A DNA stretch of 64,000 bases from a virus: positions 41,693 to 105,692 of IMG/VR virus record IMGVR_UViG_3300017716_002595; one strand, written 5' to 3'. Under the pieces are notes generated by a model that was not told the origin of the DNA, ran no database searches, and worked only from the letters and a program-made list of their open reading frames with translations. Below, one piece after another: positions 10,813 to 18,734 of this stretch; the stretch's first letter is position 1; the number at the start of each line of letters is the position of its first letter. The translations under genes were made by a program, and so were the position numbers.

Positions 10813-12528
10813 ATGGACAACAATAGTTTAATAGCAGATTACACGCAATGGGAAAGGGGTAAAGATTATCCTGAATATTTCGACGAAATATCATTAGCAA
10901 CAATTAGCAAGGGATACTTGCTACCTGGAGAAACACCTAGAAAAGCATACAGAAGAGTAGCAATTGCTACTGCGACAAGATTAAACCGACCTGATTTAGA
11001 GAATAAATTCTTTAAAATATTATGGAATGGTTGGTTAGGATTAGCATCTCCTGTATTATCAAACATGGGTACAGATAGAGGTTTACCTATTTCATGTTTT
11101 GGTGTAGATACACCGGATTCTATACGAGGAATCGGTTTAACTAACGCAGAACTAATGAAATTGACATCTGTTGGTGGAGGAGTAGGTATTAGTTTATCTC
11201 GCATTAGACCACGTGGAAGAGAAATTAAAGGTAATGGTAAATCTGAAGGAGTAGTACCATGGGCTAAAATTTATGACTCAACTATTATCGCTACTAATCA
11301 GGGTAATGTTAGAAGAGGAGCAGCATCTGTTAATTTAGATATTAACCATGCAGATATTGATGAATTCTTAGAAATCAGAAGACCAAAAGGAGATCCAAAT
11401 AGACAATGTTTAAATTTACATCAATGTGTTGTTGTAGATGATGTGTTTATGAGAAAATTAGAATCAAGAGATCAACCATCAATGGAGCGTTGGGCTAAGA
11501 TTTTAAAAGCTAGAATGGAAACTGGAGAACCATATATTATGTTTAAGGATAATGTAAATAAAGCAAATCCTATTGCTTACATGATGCATAATCTTGATGT
11601 TTCAATGACTAACATTTGTACTGAAATTACTCTTCATACAGATGAAGAACATTCATTTATTTGTTGTTTATCTTCATTAAATTTAGCTAAGTATGATGAA
11701 TGGAAAGATACAGACACCGTTCAATTATCTATTTACTTTTTAGATGGGGTAATGCAAGAATTTATTGAAAAAACAAGTGGTAAAGAAAGTATGACTAGAA
11801 CAAATGCTCACGCTAAAAAAGGTAGAGCATTAGGATTAGGAGTAATGGGGTGGCATACATTCCTACAACAAAAAGGATTACCATTTAATTCAATTGCTTC
11901 AACTGCTCACACTCACAATATCTTTAGTAAAATTAAAAACGAAGCAGAAGCTGCATCTCGTCAATTAGCTGTAGAATATGGAGAACCATTATGGTGTCGT
12001 GGAACTGGTATGCGTAATACGCATTTACTTGCGATAGCTCCGACGGTATCTAACAGTGTCATAACAGGCGGTATTTCAGCAGGAATTGAGCCGTTACCCG
12101 CAAATATTTACACATTTAATGGTGCTAAAGGTACATTTATTCGTAAAAATAAGGTATTAGAAAACTTATTAGAAGAAAAAGGTCAAAATAAAGATAAATA
12201 CTGGGATCAAATGTTAAGAGATAATGGTAGTGTTTTAGGTTTACCTGACACTATATTATCACCAGATGAAAAAGAATTATTTTTAACATTCCCTGAAATT
12301 AATCAGTTAGAATTAGTTAGACAAGCAGCAATTAGACAAAGATATATTGATCAAACTCAATCTTTAAATCTATCATTTGATCCTCAAGATTCACCAAAAT
12401 GGATTAACCAGGTTCATATGGAAGCTCATAAATTAGGAATTAAAACATTATATTATTTAAGAACTGATTCAGTAATTAAAGGTGATTTAGGATCACGTCA
12501 AGCTGAATGCGTAAGTTGTGAAGGTTAA
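10813..12528 (+). CDS. nrdA: Ribonucleotide reductase class I alpha subunit (no ATP cone)
   Basis: ASPVLSN, PISCF, TNICTEI, AIAPT, KTLYY, C-terminal CVSCEG. Confidence 0.95.
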   Translation: MDNNSLIADYTQWERGKDYPEYFDEISLATISKGYLLPGETPRKAYRRVAIATATRLNRPDLENKFFKILWNGWLGLASPVLSNMGTDRGLPISCFGVDTPDSIRGIGLTNAELMKLTSVGGGVGISLSRIRPRGREIKGNGKSEGVVPWAKIYDSTIIATNQGNVRRGAASVNLDINHADIDEFLEIRRPKGDPNRQCLNLHQCVVVDDVFMRKLESRDQPSMERWAKILKARMETGEPYIMFKDNVNKANPIAYMMHNLDVSMTNICTEITLHTDEEHSFICCLSSLNLAKYDEWKDTDTVQLSIYFLDGVMQEFIEKTSGKESMTRTNAHAKKGRALGLGVMGWHTFLQQKGLPFNSIASTAHTHNIFSKIKNEAEAASRQLAVEYGEPLWCRGTGMRNTHLLAIAPTVSNSVITGGISAGIEPLPANIYTFNGAKGTFIRKNKVLENLLEEKGQNKDKYWDQMLRDNGSVLGLPDTILSPDEKELFLTFPEINQLELVRQAAIRQRYIDQTQSLNLSFDPQDSPKWINQVHMEAHKLGIKTLYYLRTDSVIKGDLGSRQAECVSCEG

Positions 12529-12712
12529 TATGGATACATCAAATAAAATACTAAAATATTTGGAGACTGTTGAAAAAGATATTAAATTTATAGAAGAACA
12601 GATAAAAGCCAATCCAAATAATATAACACAATATGAAGAACAACTAGATTCGCTTTTAGCGAATTTAGGTTCTGAATTATTATTACTAAGTAAAGAAGAA
12701 GAAACAGAATAA
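12518..12712 (+). CDS. Hypothetical coiled-coil protein
   Basis: Short ORF filling the nrdA-queD gap. Confidence 0.55.
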   Translation: MKVNMDTSNKILKYLETVEKDIKFIEEQIKANPNNITQYEEQLDSLLANLGSELLLLSKEEETE

Positions 12713-12715
12713 GTT

Positions 12716-13225
12716 ATGGGAAAGTACCAATCAACAAAATTATTCGATAACTACTCAGTAGCTATCAGACAATGGAAAGCACAACATTCACACTGTCAAT
12801 TATTACACGGTTATGCATTAGAATTCAAAGTATGGTTTGAATCAATTGAACCTTTAGAGGAAAATCAATTAGATGAAATGAACTGGATTATGGATTATGG
12901 TGGATTTAAACCACTTCCAAAAGGAGGAGAATCAGTCGAAGAATTAAAGAAAACCGGTAACGGTTTAAAAGATTGGATGGACTATATGTGGGACCACACT
13001 CTATTAATTGAGAAAGATGACCCACAATTAGAAACATTCCAATATATGCAAGAATTAGGATTATGTCATTTACGAGTTATGGATAAAATTGGAGCTGAAT
13101 CAGCTGCTAAAATGGTTTATGACAAGTTTAATGATGTAATGTCTAAGAGTGGTGGTGGTAGAGTAAAAGTAGTAAAAGTAGAGTGTTGGGAAGCACCTAA
13201 AAATTCAAGTATTTACCAAGAATAA
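12716..13225 (+). CDS. queD: 6-carboxytetrahydropterin synthase (QueD-like)
   Basis: HCQLLHGY, WIMDYG, WDHTLLI, GAESAAK, VECWE; context with queC. Confidence 0.85.
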   Translation: MGKYQSTKLFDNYSVAIRQWKAQHSHCQLLHGYALEFKVWFESIEPLEENQLDEMNWIMDYGGFKPLPKGGESVEELKKTGNGLKDWMDYMWDHTLLIEKDDPQLETFQYMQELGLCHLRVMDKIGAESAAKMVYDKFNDVMSKSGGGRVKVVKVECWEAPKNSSIYQE

Positions 13226-13233
13226 ATTATATT

Positions 13234-13485
13234 ATGAAAAAAGTCATTAGATTTACAGCAGCATGGTGTGGACCATGTAAATTATTTGCTCCTACATTTA
13301 ACCAAGTAGCAGCAGAAACTTCAGGAGTACAATTTGAAACAGTTGATGTTGATTCAGGACATCAATCTATTATGGAAAATGGAATTAGAAACGTTCCTAC
13401 TACTGTAGTAATTGAAGCAAATGGTACTATAAGAAAACAAAGTGGAAACATGAGTGCAAGCGCACTAAAAGCCTTTATTGGATAA
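13234..13485 (+). CDS. trxA: Thioredoxin
   Basis: FTAAWCGPCK, IRNVPT. Confidence 0.95.
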   Translation: MKKVIRFTAAWCGPCKLFAPTFNQVAAETSGVQFETVDVDSGHQSIMENGIRNVPTTVVIEANGTIRKQSGNMSASALKAFIG

Positions 13486-14273
13486 TGAAAATATCACACG
13501 AATTACCGTTATCATTACTTCCATATAGTTTTGGGTGGAATGATTATGAGTACTGTTTACCTCACTTATTAGATAAACATAGTGATTATAGACAATTTTT
13601 CTTAGATTCAAGAGAAAGAAATCGTTTTATTATTATGGATAATGGGTTATTTGAAGGTGTAACACACACAACTCAAGACCTATTAGAAAAAATCAATTTA
13701 ATCGAACCAGATATCTTTATTGTACCTGATGAATGGAATGATAAAGCAATAACGGCTAAAAATGCTAAACATTGGTTACAATATGACTTACCAGAACGCA
13801 CTAACTTAATGATAGTGATGCAAGGTAGAACTATAAGTGAAATGCATCAATTATACCAACAGTGTGTTGATTTAGGTTATACTCACTTCGCATTTAATCA
13901 TTCTTCTGTATTATATCAAGAATTATGCCCTACAGAAAATAAACTAGCTAATCAAACAGTTGGAAGGGTATTACTTTTAGAAAATATGAAAGATGAAAAA
14001 TTAATTAAACCACATCACTATATCCATTTACTAGGATGTTCGGTACCTCAAGAATTTACTCACTACAGAGATAATTGGGAACCAGGAATGATTAATTCAG
14101 TAGATACTTCAAACCCAATTATATGTGGTGCCTTAGGTATTAGATATGATGAAGTAGGTTTATTAGAAAAACCATCAAACAAAATTGAAGAATTTATGGA
14201 GTCTAATTTAGATGAACAATTAGAAGACATCAAATATAATATACAAGGCTTTAAAAACTTCTGCAATAAATAG
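13485..14273 (+). CDS. Divergent TGT-fold / DpdA-like deazaguanine transglycosylase
   Basis: Motifs in TGT order: MDNGLFE, VPDE, VMQG, IHLLG, SVDTS; lies between queD and queC. Confidence 0.6.
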   Translation: MKISHELPLSLLPYSFGWNDYEYCLPHLLDKHSDYRQFFLDSRERNRFIIMDNGLFEGVTHTTQDLLEKINLIEPDIFIVPDEWNDKAITAKNAKHWLQYDLPERTNLMIVMQGRTISEMHQLYQQCVDLGYTHFAFNHSSVLYQELCPTENKLANQTVGRVLLLENMKDEKLIKPHHYIHLLGCSVPQEFTHYRDNWEPGMINSVDTSNPIICGALGIRYDEVGLLEKPSNKIEEFMESNLDEQLEDIKYNIQGFKNFCNK

Positions 14274-14304
14274 TTGGAAAACTAATATAAATTTATTATA
14301 TTTA
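14273..14304 (+). promoter_or_regulatory. Bacteroidota-type sigma70 promoter
   Basis: GTTGG-N19-TATATTTA. Confidence 0.65.
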
Positions 14305-14324
14305 CATAAATAAAATTAAACGTT

Positions 14325-14468
14325 ATGAGCAAAACATCTGCAAAAAGTAAGTACGAGCAATTAATGGCTTGGCTACCAACTTTAGGACAATCTAAAAAGT
14401 CTAAAGTAGAAAAACAATCCACAAAATTCAGCAAAGCTGATTATTATAAAGAAAGAGGAGCTAAATAA
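14325..14468 (+). CDS. Small basic hypothetical protein (47 aa)
   Basis: MSKTSAKSKYEQLMAWLPTL...RGAK read manually; follows promoter, TAATG overlap with the next gene. Confidence 0.6.
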   Translation: MSKTSAKSKYEQLMAWLPTLGQSKKSKVEKQSTKFSKADYYKERGAK

Positions 14469-14641
14469 TGATTGAAGCATTAAGACATGCTTTTGGTCTT
14501 TGTGGAGAACATTGGCACCCTAACATACTAAATATATCAGCCGCTTCTTTAGGATTTGTAGGATTATCTTCATATATTAAATACAAGTTTAACATTTTAA
14601 AAAGTTATGTAACATGGAACAAGAACAAAAACCGTACATGA
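14468..14641 (+). CDS. Small membrane protein (57 aa)
   Basis: MIEALRHAFGLCGEHWHPNILN plus hydrophobic stretch; coupled start. Confidence 0.55.
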   Translation: MIEALRHAFGLCGEHWHPNILNISAASLGFVGLSSYIKYKFNILKSYVTWNKNKNRT

Positions 14642-14877
14642 TGTCTCTTTATGAGTATCTAGGTAAAGCTGCTGGATCTGAATTAGGTAAAGAAGTAGCA
14701 GAAACTGCTGTAAAGTTAAAAGAAACTATACATAAAAAGTATATAGAAAATACTCGTTATAAAGGGGAAATATTAATGTATCGTAGAGAATTTCTTGATA
14801 CTTACTTCGGGAATATAGTATATGAGGGTGAAGTAAAACCTTCTAATGGAGATCCTGAAAATTATGTTCAATTATAA
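14614..14877 (+). CDS. Hypothetical protein
   Basis: 87-aa ORF with SLYEYLGKAAG. Confidence 0.7.
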   Translation: MEQEQKPYMMSLYEYLGKAAGSELGKEVAETAVKLKETIHKKYIENTRYKGEILMYRREFLDTYFGNIVYEGEVKPSNGDPENYVQL

Positions 14878-14930
14878 TAATAACGTTTGCCTATACGTTT
14901 CAAATACCTGGTACAAATAAAAAATAAATT

Positions 14931-15881
14931 ATGTCTAAAAAACATGTTGTAGTATCCTTAAGTGGAGGAATGGACTCAAGTACATTATTACTTAGATGTC
15001 TAAAAGAATATGATAGTGTAACAGCTATTTCATTTGACTATGGTCAAAAACATAGTGTAGAGCTACAAAGAGCTCAATCATTGGTAGATTATGTTAATTC
15101 TACTTTAAGTAATTTAAGTTTTGAAGAAAAAGTTCAATGGGTTATGAAAAACCGAGATATTGAATTAGAAAACTTAGCTATTACTGAAGCAGCATCAAAT
15201 TTATCTCCTATTACTTATCGTCAAATCCAATTAAATGGGTTAGTTGATTTATTAGATTCAGCCTTAGTAACAGGAGGTGAAGATGTACCAGAAGGTCATT
15301 ATGCAGAAGATAATATGAAAGCAACAGTTGTTCCTAACAGAAACAAAATATTTGCTTCTATTACTCAAGCAGTAGCCTTATCAATTGCAAATCGTACAGG
15401 AGAGAATTGTGATATTGCTTTAGGTATTCACGCTGGAGATCATGCTATCTATCCAGACTGTAGACAAGAATTTAGAGATGCAGATGATGCAGCTTTTAGA
15501 ATTGGAAACTGGGAAGCTGAAAGAGTAGGTTATTTTACACCTTACTTAGAAGGAGATAAATTTACTATCCTTCAAGACGGAGAAGTGTTATGTAAAGAGT
15601 TGTACTTAGACTTTGATGAAGTTTATAAAAGAACTAATACATCTTACAAACCAATCCTTCTAGATATTGAAACTACATATTCAAAAGATGGAGTAACTTA
15701 TTGGGATAATAAAAAAGAATGGTTTTCAGATTATAAATCAGCTTCATCAGTTGAAAGAGTAGAAGCATTTATTAAATTAGGAAGACCTGATCCAGCTCCT
15801 TACGCAGACGAAACAGGACCAGTAACATGGGAATATGTAGTAACAGAAGTAACAAAAGTATTAGATAATCATAATAAATAA
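14931..15881 (+). CDS. queC: 7-cyano-7-deazaguanine synthase
   Basis: SLSGGMDS, FDYGQKH, TVVPNRN, HAGDHAIYPDCR. Confidence 0.92.
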   Translation: MSKKHVVVSLSGGMDSSTLLLRCLKEYDSVTAISFDYGQKHSVELQRAQSLVDYVNSTLSNLSFEEKVQWVMKNRDIELENLAITEAASNLSPITYRQIQLNGLVDLLDSALVTGGEDVPEGHYAEDNMKATVVPNRNKIFASITQAVALSIANRTGENCDIALGIHAGDHAIYPDCRQEFRDADDAAFRIGNWEAERVGYFTPYLEGDKFTILQDGEVLCKELYLDFDEVYKRTNTSYKPILLDIETTYSKDGVTYWDNKKEWFSDYKSASSVERVEAFIKLGRPDPAPYADETGPVTWEYVVTEVTKVLDNHNK

Positions 15882-15885
15882 GATT

Positions 15886-16227
15886 ATGGACAAAACAGTA
15901 AGCAGTCTCACAATTTCAGGTATATCCACTATAAACGGATATTCAGGAACAACACTTAACACAAATTTAAACGGAACAAATAACACATACTTAACAGATT
16001 ACACATTTAATCCAAATAACATGACACCAAAACAAGTACACGTAGCAGTATTCACAATCAAAAGAGATAAAGATACAAATGAAATCAATTCAACAACATT
16101 TGTAAAAGAATTATGGGTTGAGCAAAAGAACGGAACATCAATTGATTTACTAGTTGCTAAAAAATTAGATAAAGATTTTGATCCAGAAACAACTATTATT
16201 AAAGTACTTTCAACAGTAAGTTTCTAA
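15886..16227 (+). CDS. Hypothetical protein
   Basis: 113-aa ORF. Confidence 0.65.
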   Translation: MDKTVSSLTISGISTINGYSGTTLNTNLNGTNNTYLTDYTFNPNNMTPKQVHVAVFTIKRDKDTNEINSTTFVKELWVEQKNGTSIDLLVAKKLDKDFDPETTIIKVLSTVSF

Positions 16228-16234
16228 TAAAAAG

Positions 16235-16266
16235 TTTGGAGAACCAAAAAATTATTCATATATTGA
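16235..16266 (+). promoter_or_regulatory. Bacteroidota-type sigma70 promoter
   Basis: TTTGG-N19-TATATTGA. Confidence 0.55.
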
Positions 16267-16288
16267 ATTAACTTAAAAAAATAAAATC

Positions 16289-16450
16289 ATGAAAAAAGTA
16301 TTTTTAGTATTAGCATTAGTAGCTGGTTTAACAGTTACAAGTTGTAAACAAGCAGGAACAGCTGAAACATCAACAGTAGACTCAACAGAGGTAGCGGTTG
16401 ATTCAGTTCAAGTAGATTCAACATCAGTTGACACTACAATAGTAGAATAA
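16289..16450 (+). CDS. Small lipoprotein (53 aa) with D-S/T repeats
   Basis: MKKVFLVLALVAGLTVTS-C lipobox; mature part contains DST, DSV, DST, DTT. Confidence 0.75.
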   Translation: MKKVFLVLALVAGLTVTSCKQAGTAETSTVDSTEVAVDSVQVDSTSVDTTIVE

Positions 16451-16459
16451 ATTACCAAG

Positions 16460-16545
16460 AATCGGTTAGTGTAATCAGTGTAATGCTGGCAGAGGGTAAC
16501 ACCGCTTCTATGCGGGATGAGGGTTCGAGTCCCTCACCGATTCCA
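16460..16545 (+). ncRNA. Aberrant tRNA-like RNA (expanded D-loop, short anticodon arm with loop TTCTAT)
   Basis: Acceptor AATCGGT/ACCGATT; canonical T arm GAGGG-TTCGAGT-CCCTC; CCGC/GCGG stem with 6-nt loop. Confidence 0.7.
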
Positions 16546-16554
16546 AATTTTAAG

Positions 16555-16913
16555 ACTACCGTTCTTTGAAATAAAACTTATAAATTATGGAACAAATTTT
16601 AGCATTTGTTTTAGGTGTTAGTGGAGCTCTTCTTGTATGGGGAGTTGTGGTAGCGTTTAAGACAGCAAAGTTAGCAAAACAAAATGAACAAAGTATTCTA
16701 AATATAGAACAATGGGTTCATAGAAACGATGAATTAGTAAATCGTAGAATTGATCAAGAAATTGATCGAGTAGATCGTCTACATCAAGACAGTATTTCAT
16801 TTACTGACTCTAGAGTAGATAAATTAGAAGCAAAAATCTTATTAGTTGATAAGGATGGTTGTGAACCAACTAAAAAATTATTAAAAGGATAAATTAACCC
16901 AAAGAACGGTAGT
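16555..16913. repeat. 14-bp perfect inverted repeat bracketing ORF 16587-16892
   Basis: ACTACCGTTCTTTG (16555-16568) / CAAAGAACGGTAGT (16900-16913). Confidence 0.85.
16587..16892 (+). CDS. Membrane-anchored coiled-coil protein
   Basis: N-terminal TM helix followed by heptad-like region. Confidence 0.75.
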   Translation: MEQILAFVLGVSGALLVWGVVVAFKTAKLAKQNEQSILNIEQWVHRNDELVNRRIDQEIDRVDRLHQDSISFTDSRVDKLEAKILLVDKDGCEPTKKLLKG

Positions 16914-16945
16914 AAAAATATTATTAATTTAAAATCAGAGTTATT

Positions 16946-17173
16946 ATGACAAAAAGAACAAAAACCAAACAATTGAACAGAACAGCTAAATTAGCTTTCT
17001 ACATGGCTCGTCAACAAAAAGGTGACAACACTACTTTAGCAGAACAAACAGGATTTACTCCTAGCTTTGTTAGTTATGTTAAAAGAGGACAAAGAAGAAT
17101 AAATGAAACATTAGCAACTGCTATGTATGATTTATCTAAAAAAAGAGTAAAAAACAGTGTTTTAAGCGCATAG
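16946..17173 (+). CDS. Cro/C1-type HTH DNA-binding protein
   Basis: TLAEQTGFTPSFVSYVKRGQR. Confidence 0.7.
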   Translation: MTKRTKTKQLNRTAKLAFYMARQQKGDNTTLAEQTGFTPSFVSYVKRGQRRINETLATAMYDLSKKRVKNSVLSA

Positions 17174-17175
17174 TT

Positions 17176-17364
17176 ATGGGACACCACTTAATCGATGATG
17201 CTTTAGAAAATCAAGAACAATTAGAATTAGTTTCTTATAGTGAAGAATTAGGTATGATTGATTATGTTAAAGTATCATACCATACTATCTTAACTACTCC
17301 TAACGATGCTGAATTAGGAGAATTAGTGAGAAATACATTACACAAATTGCAAAAAAATAGATAA
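17176..17364 (+). CDS. Hypothetical protein
   Basis: 62-aa ORF with TPNDAELGELVR. Confidence 0.65.
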   Translation: MGHHLIDDALENQEQLELVSYSEELGMIDYVKVSYHTILTTPNDAELGELVRNTLHKLQKNR

Positions 17365-17382
17365 ATTTTTATATTTATCGAT

Positions 17383-18657
17383 ATGAAACTTGGTCTGCAA
17401 CATATCAAAAAATGGTTATACCCCCTTATTCTCACTATAGGGGGTATTTTTTTGTCCTATGGACAAAATTTTACATACTCTGGCTACATTTATGGAACCA
17501 AAGAAATAGGAGTACAAGGGATAGCAGTAAAATTATTCACTAGAACATCAGGTAATTCAGCTGTAACAGCAGGATCAGAACAATTCGGTGTTACTAATGG
17601 ATCTACATTTCTAGCTCGAAATGTATTTAATGCCTCTCCAAACAACAGTACAACCTATAACTATATTACTACAAACGCTTTTATAGTAACTACTGCTGCT
17701 GGATCAGCAACAATAGCTCCATTTTCATCAAACATACCTGCTAATAGAAATAGAGGAACATCTGTATTGTATTCTTCTCAAGCAGATGAAGCTTCAGTAG
17801 CTATAACACTCCCTGCAGGATTTACAACTTCTTTCTTAGGAAGCACTTATTCAAGTGGACACGTAAATGCAAACTCTTGGTTTACTTTTGGAACGGCAAA
17901 TAGTAGTGGGTATCAAGGAAATGCAACAAACCCACCAGCGCCTACAATTCACATAGGATCCGTTGATAATAGTTTTTCGGATAATAATATGACGTTTGTA
18001 TCAACTGAAGCATATACTGATCCTTTTTGGGGAGATGTATTTAGAGTGAGATATGAAGGTAATTCAAAATATACCCAATCAGGAGTTGATACTATTTGGG
18101 ATTTATATTTTGTAAAAAATCAGCCTAATATAAAATTAGTAGTTTGGAGACAATTCGTAACAGATGGTTCTAGTACAAGTATATCAGGAACACCCGCAGG
18201 ACCTTGGACTTTAAACACAACATCTACAACAAACACATCAGGGTATTATAATTTTAATACTGCGTTAAGCACAACATCAAATGAGTTTTATATTCAAATA
18301 GATACACCAACATTAACTAACGCATTAGCTGTATTAGATGCTACTGATAGTAATAATAAAGTATTAAATGGTGGATTAACTTCTTTAGATTATTATAGAT
18401 ATGATGTTAACAATACTAATAATATAACAGTATCTGATGTATATTCAATTTTTATGAGACGAAACGGAGTATTACCATCTTATAGTGGAACATTACCCGT
18501 ATTAAGAATATTTACACCCGTAGAATTTAACGCTTTAAAAACATCGACTACAGATTTAAGAACAACGTATCCTGGAGTACAATCAATAACAATAAATAAT
18601 CCAACATCTGGTGGAACTTCTAATTACTATATAACACGATTAGGGTATAGTAATTAA
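17383..18657 (+). CDS. Secreted protein: split Ig/carboxypeptidase-regulatory-like domain, inserted NIDO-like passenger, dockerin-like C-terminus
   Basis: Signal peptide ending SYG-Q; DEASVAITLP..F.SFLGSTYS..HVNANSWFTFG; YDVNNTNNITVSDV. Confidence 0.6.
   Translation: MKLGLQHIKKWLYPLILTIGGIFLSYGQNFTYSGYIYGTKEIGVQGIAVKLFTRTSGNSAVTAGSEQFGVTNGSTFLARNVFNASPNNSTTYNYITTNAFIVTTAAGSATIAPFSSNIPANRNRGTSVLYSSQADEASVAITLPAGFTTSFLGSTYSSGHVNANSWFTFGTANSSGYQGNATNPPAPTIHIGSVDNSFSDNNMTFVSTEAYTDPFWGDVFRVRYEGNSKYTQSGVDTIWDLYFVKNQPNIKLVVWRQFVTDGSSTSISGTPAGPWTLNTTSTTNTSGYYNFNTALSTTSNEFYIQIDTPTLTNALAVLDATDSNNKVLNGGLTSLDYYRYDVNNTNNITVSDVYSIFMRRNGVLPSYSGTLPVLRIFTPVEFNALKTSTTDLRTTYPGVQSITINNPTSGGTSNYYITRLGYSN
17418..17453 (+). 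terminator. Intrinsic terminator-like hairpin within the signal-peptide coding sequence
   Basis: ATACCCCCT/AGGGGGTAT stem followed by a T run. Confidence 0.55.
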
Positions 18658-18734
18658 CTATCATATTTATCTATAGACATGAAAGTGTAAAAACACCTGG
18701 TTTTTGAATTAATAATTACTTAAACAAAAAAGAA

